A stretch of DNA of 63,909 nt, filler included, from Rozella allomycis CSF55 (taxonomy: Eukaryota): the NCBI GenBank assembly GCA_000442015.1. It is 8 parts of 8 records of this genome, joined end to end, with 100 filler letters (N's around TTAATTAATTAA, not from the genome) between each part and the next. Parts side by side here need not be neighbours in the genome. Positions count along the whole stretch, not along the records: positions 1 to 23,756 come from KE561095.1; 7 more parts are not named here. The stretch is one strand, 5' to 3'. Within the stretch, counting starts at the first letter, position 1. Each line of letters starts with the position of its first letter. Both the position numbers and the translations under genes were made by a program. The notes beneath the pieces are model-generated. The model saw only the letters and a list, made by a program, of their open reading frames with translations, made no database searches and was not told the DNA's origin. Positions 12,556 through 23,756 of the stretch are shown here, one piece after another.

Positions 12556-12799
12556 ATGGATAGTCGGATATTTGAATTTATTTAATGAATTATGTCGACC
12601 GCAAATCCCTAACAGATTTATAGTGGATGAAGATCATGTGGGGCGCTTTGTTGGCAAAATTGGTAATGGAAGATCCTTTATGAGTTGTTTAATGGGTGCA
12701 TCAAATTTATGGTTTTCAAATCAATTGTATTCGTCAACCGCTCAATCAGTTATGCGANAACTCAATATGAATCTCTTAATATAATAGATCTATAAATAA

Positions 12800-12915
12800 T
12801 ATACTATTTATAGAAAGCATCAACCATATAAAACTCCAAGCAGATATCAATGAATAGAACGGAGAATAATCCATTCTCAATCGACATCAGTTTTTACTCT
12901 TTTTATCTTACGATT
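12800..12915 (-). repeat. Partial inverted copy of the solo LTR at 13286-13591
   Basis: Reverse complement matches about 13335-13446; bounded by N join. Confidence 0.7.
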
Positions 12916-13285
12916 NATTGCTTTTATTAATTGCTAGTCATCGTTTTCTTCAATTTCTTTCAATAGTGTTGAAATCAAAGCTTTGGAGTAATGAATACAC
13001 TTCTTTATTGTTTAAATTGAAAGCTTGAGAGCAAAATTCCAAGAATATGGGTACCACTTGCCCATTACTCTGTGTATGGTTTGTGCGGCTTTACTCAATC
13101 GGCGAGTTCATTCCTCTCAGGTTCTTGAAGGTTGTCATTGCAGTTGTGAAGAACTGGTTGGTCGGGGTGAATTTTTTAACTCATTTGTTCCAGAAGATGC
13201 ATCATTTGTTCCTATAATTTCATCATTGCATCTGTCAGTTTTTGCGAAAGCTTGTTTGAGTCGATCCGAGAAAAGGGCTCGGTAC

Positions 13286-13591
13286 TGTCGCTCCATGCGC
13301 TCATAGAATCTTAATCCTCGTAAATTGGATAATAAATCGTAAGATAAAAAGTAAAAACCGATGTCGATTGAGAATGGATTATCCTCCGTTCTATTTATTG
13401 ATATCTCCTTAGAGTTTTATATGTGGGTCTTTTCTATAAATAGTATCCCTTTCTATAATTAGTATCAGAATAGAGATCCGTCAGGATTAAGAGATCCTTA
13501 GAGAGTTATGACTCCTCTCTTTGATAATTATTCTAAGGAAGGTGGGATGAGAATCCCTCTATGAATTGGGATGAGAATCCCTGGTACGACA
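13286..13591 (+). mobile_element. Solo LTR (306 bp) with 5-bp target site duplication
   Basis: Termini TGTCG...CGACA; GGTAC on both sides (13281-13285, 13592-13596); internal TATAAATA. Confidence 0.8.
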
Positions 13592-13829
13592 GGTACTACT
13601 CAAACAAACTTCCGCAAAAACTGACAGATGCAATGATGAAATTATAGGAACAAATGAATTAAAAAATCCACCCCGATTCCAATGGCCTATAAAAAGAGTA
13701 CTATAAAATCACCTAAAGGAAATCGGTTTTAACTCTATAGAAGCTTATCCATAAAATAAGATCAAAGCCAATTTTTATCTTGTCTTTCCGAGAAGCTTTG
13801 TTGATCTAATGACACTAAAGTCTAAAATN

Positions 13830-13930
13830 ATGTGCCAAACCTCATATGGAATGTGGACCATTATTTTTGTGGCTTGTCTGAGGTACCACCTTTGGCTTTT
13901 ATGTACCTTAAATCTTAATAGTTTCTCGTT
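13830..13930 (-). repeat. 5' end and upstream region of a second F-box-ankyrin paralog
   Basis: Similar to about 9549-9650; reads MVHIPYEVWH before the N join. Confidence 0.7.
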
Positions 13931-14086
13931 AGTGCTCGTTAATCAGGCGAGGAGGCTAGGAGCTTATTAAAAATCAATAATAAAATTCTCACAAAAAACT
14001 TTTTTCTAATTAAAACTAAAACACATCTAATATCTGTTTTGATAAATTATGAATATAAATGGACAATCGTTTATTTCTATAACGCT

Positions 14087-14532
14087 TTAAGAGACATTAG
14101 TCTTTGCTGAAATAGCGCAACCAACTGTTTTTGTAACAGTTACCGTCACCATTGCCGTTACATTTGGAAAAGCACTAATTGGATAGCAAGCCGCTGTTGC
14201 ACATGTCATGCATGTCTGTGGAAACTTTACACATACTTTATCAGTCGAGCAAACAGGGCATTTCGGTTCATCCTTTGAACATATCACACACCCACCTTCC
14301 GAACCTTACATTATTAAGATGCATCAATAATACCTTTTTCATCTTTATTATTTTGAACACATCTCGCAAATGAGCATTTTTTACATGTTTGCGGAACCAC
14401 CACACAATCTTGCCCAACGGTGCACGATGGATCGCAGGTCTTGATACTCTGGTCACATAAAACACAATCATTAGCAGCGACAAATCCCACTAAAATTACA
14501 GCCAAACAAAAGAATATATTGAAGCTATTCAT
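14087..14532 (-). CDS. Secreted Cys-rich protein with two Opy2-like 8-Cys modules, 1 intron
   Basis: Signal peptide MNSFNIFFCLAVILVGFVAA; 29-nt intron 14305-14333 joins ORFs 14314-14532 and 14087-14287; same Cys spacing as 2816-3463. Confidence 0.8.
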
Positions 14533-14603
14533 TGGTCCTTTGTTTGTTTACAAAAAAGTCACATCAATTTAGGAAATTTTGCAAGTTGCTAAATTATTTG
14601 GGC

Positions 14604-14984
14604 ATGTCACTTAAAAGGGATTCTTTGAGTTTGTACAGGAAATGGCTAAGGTTGTGCAGATTTTATCCAGTAGAAAATTTAATTCCGAAAATGCGGTTTA
14701 ATGTGCGAGAGGCTATGAATATATATAGAGATATCGATGACGATGCTAAAAGGGAAGCTATTGATAAGGGATACCAAGATTACTATTTTATGCAGAAATT
14801 GCTGAAAGTTGATAAATCATTACTAAAGAGACTGTTTCTGACATCGCCGAAGGATCTTGAAGAGCCCATTGAGAAAATTAAGCCGACAAAGGCAATGGAG
14901 TTTAATGAAATGCCAATCACATTGAATTTTAAGGATATGGAGAATGAAGTGAATGAAGACAGTAATGCTCGAGATAAAGTATAA
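14604..14984 (+). CDS. LYR-motif (Complex1_LYR-like) protein
   Basis: SLSLYRKWLRLCR near N-terminus, small helical protein. Confidence 0.65.
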   Translation: MSLKRDSLSLYRKWLRLCRFYPVENLIPKMRFNVREAMNIYRDIDDDAKREAIDKGYQDYYFMQKLLKVDKSLLKRLFLTSPKDLEEPIEKIKPTKAMEFNEMPITLNFKDMENEVNEDSNARDKV

Positions 14985-15132
14985 AGTATTTAATAAAGAG
15001 GTCATTTATAAAATGTGAGCAATTGCTATTAATATAACAATTTTGATTGGTTAGACTATTCATGGTCATGTTTCATGTAATTTGAAACATATTATTCACC
15101 CAAGCACATCAGTGCCGTGACCATCTTATTTA

Positions 15133-15441
15133 ATGCATTCCACCGACGAAGAATATATCACTGCCGATCAACTAAGCTCCAGTTTTTCATCGGCATCAAT
15201 TGGCAGTTCCAAACGTGGCTCTATACCCACTCTTTATACACACCGTCGTAAAAGTAGTGACAAACGACCAAGAATGGTAAGCTTTCGAAGATACGTTGAT
15301 GTTGGCACGACATATTCATCAGACGAATACGACCGCCAGTCATGCGATTTGGCCGACTTTGAATCCATGGATGACGAAGAAAAGATTGCTTTTTTTATGC
15401 TACTTCAATCAAAGAATATATCAAATAAATTGAAACTTTGA
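15133..15441 (+). CDS. Small protein with PP1-docking RVxF-phiphi-EYDR motif (paralog 1)
   Basis: RPRMVSFRRYVDVGTTYSSDEYDRQS; Ser-rich disordered N-terminus. Confidence 0.75.
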   Translation: MHSTDEEYITADQLSSSFSSASIGSSKRGSIPTLYTHRRKSSDKRPRMVSFRRYVDVGTTYSSDEYDRQSCDLADFESMDDEEKIAFFMLLQSKNISNKLKL

Positions 15442-15443
15442 GT

Positions 15444-16865
15444 TTATTGGATATCATCAGTTGTTGGCACAAATGAGTATGAGATATTGTGTCCTTGATC
15501 TTCGCTTTGCTCACGCTTAATATTCATATCTTTTAAATCATCCTCGTCGTCTTCATTGCTGTTCTTTAACGAGACATATTTGCTAAATTTTGTTGTTTTC
15601 TCGGTGACCACTTTTTCCATCTTTATTTGTTCATCAATAGTAAGAGCTTTGATTTCATCAGTTTCAAGCTTGTTATACTTTGATTTTATATTAAATTTTT
15701 TCTTCTTGTGATCTACTTTGTCTCCAGACAACGCGCGTGAGTGTTTTTGATATGGAACATCTTCCTCACTTTCATCATGAAGAATTGGCGCCTTTTTAAC
15801 AGACAAGAAATCAAATCGACCACCTTCATTATTAGTTTTCACTACATCTTGAATTTCCTCGACATAATCTTTGATCGCCAAGGCATCTTTAAGTCCAATG
15901 TAGAATGGCATTTTCACTTTAGACGCTGGTATAAATGATTCAGCCCCAAAAGCTTTATTATGCATCAATGCCGCTAACAGCATTTCAAAGCATATCAAAT
16001 AACTTTGCATTGAAGTGACAAGGTTAGTTGTTGTATACCATTCAGTTTCTTTGATAAATCCAAAGGACACTGCCATTGATAACAGCACAGATTGCCAAAA
16101 GGAAAAGAAAATCACAAATTTAACTGCTAGGAACTTTGGAATCGGCTGAAACGGCCGAAGGTCATCTGAAACAACAACATAGAACAATACGAGACCATAC
16201 ATTGCAACTGACACAGAGATAAATTCTATAAATGTCACCCAGAACATTCCATGCTTGTATGACATTGAATCTGGGCAAAGAGTACCAGTGTATTCCAATA
16301 TTACCGCGGCCAGAGTTGTCAAGGGGTGAATTACAACATATTGTAACGTCATGCGCTTACATAAAAGAAAGAATGATGGCTTCGTAGGATCAAATTTGTA
16401 GCAACCAAAAGGGAATGGATAATGCATAACAGGCTTTCCAGTCATTGTCAGTAACTGAGTCTCCTCTTCATTTCCCAGGTAATTGAGGAGTAGCATAAAG
16501 AATTCATAAATTACAAATGCTTCGTAGCAATTCTTTGTTACATCAAAGTATACTGATTTTTGAAAGAATATCAAACTCAGAAATGAACAAATCGCGTAGA
16601 TCGGAACCATCAAAAGTATTCTAATTATGTGTCTTTGATACTGTGGTTTGTAATAGAAGCTTATATGTTCCTTAATTAATTTGCTTGTCATTGCAATTGC
16701 AGCAATTGTAAAAATGGCAGCTGTAAACCATGCAACATGGTGAAGTTCTATGTCTTGCAATGATGTAATAGGCTTGTAATGAAACTCTTTAAATTCTTCG
16801 CATATTTCATCTGTAGATTCGGCCGTTGATAATGTAATCCAAAGGAGAAGTAAGAAGATAGTCAT
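15444..16865 (-). CDS. TMEM184/organic solute transporter alpha family membrane protein
   Basis: QRHIIRILLMVPIYA, CYEAFVIYEFF.LL..YLG, PKFLAVKFVIFFSFWQ, YLICFEM; multiple TM helices. Confidence 0.92.
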   Translation of the reverse strand: MTIFLLLLWITLSTAESTDEICEEFKEFHYKPITSLQDIELHHVAWFTAAIFTIAAIAMTSKLIKEHISFYYKPQYQRHIIRILLMVPIYAICSFLSLIFFQKSVYFDVTKNCYEAFVIYEFFMLLLNYLGNEEETQLLTMTGKPVMHYPFPFGCYKFDPTKPSFFLLCKRMTLQYVVIHPLTTLAAVILEYTGTLCPDSMSYKHGMFWVTFIEFISVSVAMYGLVLFYVVVSDDLRPFQPIPKFLAVKFVIFFSFWQSVLLSMAVSFGFIKETEWYTTTNLVTSMQSYLICFEMLLAALMHNKAFGAESFIPASKVKMPFYIGLKDALAIKDYVEEIQDVVKTNNEGGRFDFLSVKKAPILHDESEEDVPYQKHSRALSGDKVDHKKKKFNIKSKYNKLETDEIKALTIDEQIKMEKVVTEKTTKFSKYVSLKNSNEDDEDDLKDMNIKREQSEDQGHNISYSFVPTTDDIQ

Positions 16866-16947
16866 CGGAAAATATTCGTCTTGTTTAATTGCTAATGCGA
16901 CTCATTGATGTAGGAATTCAATTTAGGAATTTTACAATTTCCTTTTT

Positions 16948-18537
16948 ATGGATTCCGACGCATTAACAAAGTCCATAGCCCGAATTTTAAAGACTCCCGT
17001 GACGTTCAGTGATGAACAGTCAGAATGTCTTGAATCAATGTCCTCCAGATTCAATTTTAAGAATACTTCAAGTAGAAAAACGTTGGCAGATCAGATGCAT
17101 GCAAACAGATTTGAAATGCAAGAAAAGTTTATGGAGGAATATCAAAAAATAATAGATGAAATTTTATGCTTAGAGAAAGCAGCAATAGAAGTGACTAATG
17201 AAATAACTATGCTGAATGAGACTTGGTGTGATATGGAAGAGGAAGCAAAAGAATGGATGGAAACGACTGAAATAAAGTTAAAGGAACGTAAAATCAAAGA
17301 GGACCAGTTGAAAGATGTCATGGAATGGTCTAATCAACTTTCATTTGATGCATCCCATCAAGAGTCAATGGAGAAATTTGATGTCAACACTTTGACTGTC
17401 TTTAAATTAATAATGGACAAACAAGAGTCCAAGAATTTCGATACAATAAAACAAGTCTTACAAGGATATCAAGATAAGATAATTGAACTGGCTTATAATT
17501 GGCTTGCTGGAGAAATTTATAAAATTTGCCGATCGTTGAATCCATCTGTACCGGCTCTTGTTAAAGATGCCTTTGAAATCTTGAAAAGCAGAGAAATACT
17601 GTTAAGGTCTTCATTAGACAGCTACAACAAATTTCGATCTGAGAATATTCCAGTTGAATTCATTAATAAAATTGAAGAAAAGAGAATTCTTCCAGACCAA
17701 CAATTTATAAATGAAATATTGGCTTTATTGAATCAAAGCGTTATTCGTGAAAAGGATGTTTTGCTAGAAATGATTGGTGATGAGTCACTAATAGAAACAT
17801 ATTTAAGTGAAATTTGTAAAAGCTACTCTGATGTTACCAAAGTAAATTTATTTGAATTTTAAAATTAGAATGTGATTGACAGAATACTCCCAGATTTAAA
17901 TTTGGACATAATACCAGCTGTCAAATTGTCAACAATATTTCTTCAATTCATTGAACAGTACAAGGAAATATTAGCTGAAAATACTTCTTTAATTGGTATT
18001 TTAGCAGAATATTTTGAATTTAATAAAAAGAAGATTGAATTCCTCTTAAAAGAAGAAGGAAGAAATTTGTCATCCAAGACGATCCTAGCGGATGCATCGT
18101 TTTCTCCTCCAGAAGAAATAAAAGAAATAACAAACATGATGAATTCCATCTTTTTTACTTATCAGCCATATACATTGAATTCTCTGGCTGATAATGAATT
18201 CATGCACTCTATTTTTGACATTTGCTTTGATCCCCTTATGCAAGCGGTTATCAATACTGCATCTCGTTTAGGCAAGATAGAGCAAAACATACTAGTTATT
18301 AATTCTCTTGATTATATTTATTCTACATTAATTTCATTCAACTTTTTGCACACTAGGCTTGGTAAAGTGAAGGAACTAATTGAATTGTATCTTGTCGGTA
18401 TGAAAAAGGATATTGAAGTAAAAAATAAGTAGTTCCTCGATTAGTTCTTTACAAAAGTCAAGAAATCAATTTTAAACACAAATGAATTGGTGGAGCTCAT
18501 TATAAATAAGGAGTATGTGAAAGTATTTTCGGAATAA
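16948..18537 (+). CDS. COG6: Conserved oligomeric Golgi complex subunit 6-like; 3' end uncertain
   Basis: N-terminal coiled coil, DASFSPP, FDPLMQ...ILVINSLDYIYSTL; introns about 17842-17868 and 18418-18444. Confidence 0.65.
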
Positions 18538-18564
18538 ATAATTAATTAGAGTCTGACAAACACA

Positions 18565-18636
18565 TCTCCCATGGTGTAATGGTTAGCACTTTGGACTTTG
18601 AATCCAACAATCTGAGTTCGATTCTCAGTGGGAGAG
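18565..18636 (+). tRNA. tRNA-Gln(TTG)
   Basis: Cloverleaf: acceptor TCTCCCA/TGGGAGA, D arm TGGTGTAATGGTTAGCAC, anticodon TTGGA-CTTTGAA-TCCAA, T loop TTCGATT, downstream T-run. Confidence 0.93.
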
Positions 18637-18693
18637 TTCTTTTTTAATTTTTTTCCCTTTCAAATTTAACAAAATTAATTTGTACTAAATATT

Positions 18694-19017
18694 TTATTTC
18701 ATTTCAAACCCTAGATTTTCAAACAAGTCATCTGCAATCCTATCAAAGTCAAATGTCCCGTTCTTTATCCTTCTTACATCCTCAAACGCCGTCGCATAAT
18801 CTGGCGACAGCGGCACACTCTGTCTGTCGTATTCGTGTTTCCCGTATGTTTCGTATACCAGTACGCAATTCTTAAAAGACACGCTCTTGCTCGACAATGG
18901 GGACTGTTGCGGCGAGCGTCTAAAATTCAGATCGACGGCCGAATCCGTGCTTCTGTTGCAGGCCGACTGGGCTGGCTGTTTGCCGAGCACGGTGAATCTA
19001 GTATTGACTTGAAGCAT
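18694..19017 (-). CDS. Small protein with PP1-docking RVxF-phiphi-EYDR motif (paralog 2)
   Basis: SKSVSFKNCVLVYETYGKHEYDRQS; ATG-started 107-aa ORF. Confidence 0.75.
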   Translation of the reverse strand: MLQVNTRFTVLGKQPAQSACNRSTDSAVDLNFRRSPQQSPLSSKSVSFKNCVLVYETYGKHEYDRQSVPLSPDYATAFEDVRRIKNGTFDFDRIADDLFENLGFEMK

Positions 19018-19143
19018 TTACGCGCGAGTATCTTGTGGTGGGTTTAGGAGATGTGTTTCATGTGGGGCTATTTGTTTTGTTTCACTTTCTATTTTTAGAG
19101 ATATTTTTGAGGATATTTTTGTTTGGGGGATTGAGGTAAACAA

Positions 19144-19620
19144 ATGGATGGAAGGGTGATTGTGCAGCCGCGGGCGATGAGATTGTGTGGTGTTGAAGAC
19201 AAGGTAATGAGTGTTGATTAGAATGATGAGGGAGAGGAGGAAGGAATTGAGGAGTGTGGACAGGGAGGTGTTGATTGGCTGATTGCGGATGAATTGATAA
19301 GACTGTCGTGTTTTTCTGCGAATGACGAGCAGTGGATTGAAGAACTGAATAGCCCTGAGACAGTAGAATGCTACATTGACGAGGATATCTGTGAGGAAGA
19401 AAATAATCATGAAAGGGAATATGAAAATTACGAGACAGAAATTGTTTCGCCCACAAAGAAACTGAGATTCAGTAGATTTGTATCAGTGGGATATAGCTAT
19501 AGCAGCGAGGAATATGATCGCGAAGCTTGTGAGATGGCTCAATTGACTAGCATTGAAAGATATGAATTCTACCAGTACAAGCGGGAGATTAATTCGCCTG
19601 TCGTATTTAACAATCAATAA
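19144..19620 (+). CDS. Small acidic protein with PP1-docking RVxF-like-phiphi-EYDR motif (paralog 3); putative 18-nt intron
   Basis: TKKLRFSRFVSVGYSYSSEEYDREA; ATG 19144 + 20 codons, GTAATG...TTAG 19204-19221, then open frame to 19620. Confidence 0.7.
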
Positions 19621-19823
19621 AATATAAATCTATTTGACTTTATATTCTAAAATTTTTGACATTGATCACTACTTTTAGAATTTAGTTTTACCATCATCAT
19701 ATTTCCAAAGTTCAAGTATTTAAAAACTACAAGAATATATCTGCTTTCATTACTAAAAAATAACGCAAATGTGTGAATTTTCCCTACTTTGAAACTGAAA
19801 ATTGTAAATTTCACAAACCAAAA

Positions 19824-22800
19824 ATGGACGAGTCTGAACATTCCGTACCGAGCGAGCCTGAAGGTCTCGCCATCGACCGAGGCGATGAAGTGGACAGCAG
19901 TGAATCCGAGGTAGTAGAGGAGACAGAGGAGGACCGCAAGTTTATCGACGACAGTGTGAGTGACGAGGATGCGATAGTGACACGCAAGAAGAAGAAGAAG
20001 AAGCGGGTTGAGATTGTTGAGGATGATGAGAGCGAGTTGGATGAGGAGGATTTGGCGTTGATTGAGGAGAATACTGGGATCAATGTTGGGCGGGGGTATA
20101 GACGTGTGAAGCGGCGTGTTGAGCGGGAGGGGCGGAAGCGAGTTGGGCTGGAGGGCTTGTTTGATGAGGAAGGCGAGGGGGAAGTGTAAGTGGATTTGGC
20201 TGGGTTGAGGTAGGGAGGATGTGCAGGATGAGATGGATGATTTTATAGAGTATGAGGAGGATGAGGTGAATAGGGAGGAGNATTTTATAGAGTATGAGGA
20301 GGATGAGGTGAATAGGGAGGAGAGGAAGGCTGTGCGCAGGCAGAGGATGCAGGAGCTGCGGGAGCGGGGGAGGGATATTGAGAGTATGTTGGGAATCTCG
20401 AAAGAGGCGTGGTTGGACATCCAGGAGATATTTGGCGATGGGCACGAGTATGATTATGCGTTGATTGACGATGATATTGATGAGGGGGAGGAGAAGGGAG
20501 TTAGTTTGGAGAAGATATTTGAGCCGAGTGAGTTGGAGGATAGACATTTTACGGTGAGGGATGAGGAGATTAGGTTGAATGATGTGCCTGAGAGGATGCA
20601 GACTGGTGGAGAGATTAGGAGGGTTGAAGAGGAGGAGTTGGAGAAGGAGGCGTTGTGGATTATTAATAGGATGAATGATGGGATGAATAGGATGGAGTCG
20701 AATCCGTTGTTTTTTAAGTGTGTGATTGAGATATTGAGGATGTTGGTGATAGAGTATTATGAGATACCGTTTATAGCGTTGCATAGGAAGGAGGTGTTTT
20801 CAGATTTTATGGTGTTTGAGGAGCTGTGGTTGATTTATGATTTGGATGAGCAGTATAAACATTTGAATGGATTGAAGAATAAACTAAAGGAGAGTGTGGA
20901 GAAGTGTGAGGGGTGGTTGAAGAATGTTTATAAGAAGGCTGAAACGATAGAGCAAGTGATGGATGTGCAAGAGTATTTGAATTTGAAGGTGAATGGAAAG
21001 AAGAATGTAAAGAGGGATGAGTATTTGAAGGGGAAGGAGAATGGATTGGAGAAATTTGTGGAAAAGATTGGAATTAAGAGTTTTGAAATTGGAGAGAATT
21101 TGATGGTTAATTTTAAAAAGAATGTTGTTAGAGAGAGTGATGTTGGAGTGGAGCAAGTGGCTATGGAGTTAGTTTGTACTGCGTTTCCGACTGTGGAGTG
21201 TGTTGTTGATGGAGGGGTTAGAATGTTTGCGATAGAAATAGCGAATGATCCGAATGTGAGAAGAATATTGAGAGATTTGGTGTATAAACAGACGTATGTG
21301 ACTGTGAATCCAACGGACAAGGGGAGAGTTGAGATTGATGTGTTTCATGATTTTGCGCCTATTAAATATTTAACTAGAAAGCCAATTGAGTTGTTTAAAG
21401 GATACCAATTTTTTGAGTTGATTGTAGCAGAGGCTAGTAGAGATATAAAGATAGAAATTGTTGTTGAGATTGATGATAGAATAGTGAAGGGGTATGAAGA
21501 AATGATTGTATCGAATTTGAATGATGAATGGAATGAAATAAGAAGAAAAAGTTTTAATGTAGCGTTTAGAGAGTATTTGATTCCATTGTTTAAGAAGCAG
21601 TTTAAAGAAGAATTGATAAAGAGTAGTAGTGAAGCATTGGGATTAGCTCTTCAAACACATTTGCAGACGATTGTAATGAATACTGGATATGAAAAGTGTG
21701 AGAGGGTGTTGAGTGTGAGCAATGGCGATGGAAAACAGAATACGGCTGTTATGGGTGTATTGTTGAATGAGAATGGAATTGTGTTGGAAACATTTAAATG
21801 GAAAGAATTTAATAATGAATTTAAAATGACGATTGATAAAGTGAAGCCAACTGTTGTTTGTGTGTCTGGAATGTCAATTAAAACGAGGGATTTGTTTAAT
21901 GAAATTTCCAAAATAGTTGAAGATGAAGAGATGAAAGTTAAATGGGTAGAGGATGACATTGCGAGGATCTACCAGCATTCAGAAAGAGGCAAGAAAGAAT
22001 TTGAGAATTATGCACCCTTGTTGAGGTATTGTGTTTCTATTGGAAGAAGATTGATTGATCCATTGATGGAGACTTGTGGGTTGTTTAATAATCAGAATGA
22101 TATTCTAAGTTTAACGTTGCATCCGTGGCAGAATCATTTGAACCAACAATTGATTTTAAAGTATTTGAATAGAGCGATGATCAATATTGTCAACTTGGTT
22201 GGTGTTGATATTAATAAAATAATTGAATTTGAACATTTGCAGTTCTGTTTGCAGTTTGTTAGTGGGCTTGGGAAGAGAAAAGCTTTTCATTTAATTTCAC
22301 AAATCAAAAAACAAGTAGAATTTATTTAATTTAATTAAAAGGGGTTTTTGGATCAAAGAGCATCGTTGATTAGTAAAGAATTGATGGGGAAATGTGTGTT
22401 TATGAATTGTGCATCTTTTATTAGAATACAAGAAAAGTATATTCCAAGAAGAGTTTCTTTGGATTGTTTGGATAACACGAGAATTCATCCAGAAAATTAC
22501 TATTTGGCACGTAAAATGGCCGCTGATGCGTTGGATGTTGATGAGAATTTAAATGATGATTCTTCTCCATTCCAACACTGCCAAGATATTATGGCAAACC
22601 CTGAATTATTAGATTCTTTAATGTTGGATGAATTTGCTAAAGAATTAGAAGCTTCAAAGAACATTAAGAAATTAATCACTCTGTTTGACATCAAAGATGA
22701 ATTATCAAAGCCTTACATTGAAAGAAGAAATCCTTTTAAAGATCCTGAAATCGATTCTATTTTTACAATGCTGACTGGCGAAACTTCGCTCAGCTTGCAA

Positions 22801-23756
22801 AGTGGAATGATTGTAATTTTATTCTTAAAATAAAATTAGATTCCAGCCACTATTTCTAAAATTTATGATAGATACGTCACGTGTAGATTTGAATCTGGTA
22901 TTCTTGGCATCATTCCAATCAACCATCTTGCTGACATGCGTGTTGACAATCCCTTTAATATTGTTAAGCCAAATCAGTCTGTGAGATGCAAGATTGTGTC
23001 AATCAACAAGGAAAGATTCTCGCTTGAATTGTCAATGAAGCCTTCTGATCTTGATCGATTGGATTCCAACATTGCTATTGAATATGACCCTTTTTATAGT
23101 TTCAGCAGAGAAAGAGATGAAAGAGACCACAACGGTATGAGTTCACTTATAATCTTACTAGATGAACTGACTGAACCTGGCAAAAATGCACTTCAAACTA
23201 GATTCATTTCACATCCTCTCTTTATGAACATTTCACGCGATTCAGCTCTAAACTTTCTTAAACAAAAAGACCTCGGCGAGCTGGTTATCCGTCCCTCGTC
23301 AAAACGAAACCATCTAGCCATCACCTGGAAAGTCTTCAACGACATTTACTGCGATATCCTCGTCAGAGAAGAAGAAAAAGAATCAGATCTAGCCCTGGGA
23401 AAAGCCTTGTTTATCGACAAGCAGAAATACGATGACCTCGACGAACTATTGACGCGTCATCTGCAGCCAATGATCGATCTCGTGTTTGAGTTGGTGAACC
23501 ATCCGAAATTCAGCGATGCGTCGCTTGATAGTGTGAAAACGATTGTGGCAGAGGAGAAGAGGGCGGATCCCAAGCGCATTCCATATAAACTGGTAGCGAG
23601 CAGCGAGTATCCCGGGAAATTCGTCATTGTCTTTGTACCAGGCTCTAATCCCCATTTTGAAGTAAGATGGTTTTTTCGGTGGGAATAGTATGTCACTGTT
23701 ACCCCCAATGGGATTCGATTGAGAAGCAGGTTTTTTGGGAATGTTGATGATATGAT
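19824..23756 (+). CDS. SPT6: Transcription elongation factor/histone chaperone Spt6 (3' truncated by gap)
   Basis: Acidic N-terminus with ELDEEDLALIEENTG, IFEPSEL, DEEIRLNDVPERMQ, LDNTRIHPENYYLARKMAADALD, S1 domain, SH2 region IRPSSK..HLAITWKV. Confidence 0.95.

Noticed and set aside
20240-20320. Short direct duplications around single Ns (SPT6 FIEYEEDEVNREE twice; also near 9204, 56838, 57499, 60978, 62167)
   Set aside because: Overlapping contig ends left unmerged; not evidence of real tandem repeats
19647-21959. Long minus-strand ORFs rich in Leu/Ile/Ser/Pro/His
   Set aside because: Antisense by-products of the G-rich SPT6 coding strand
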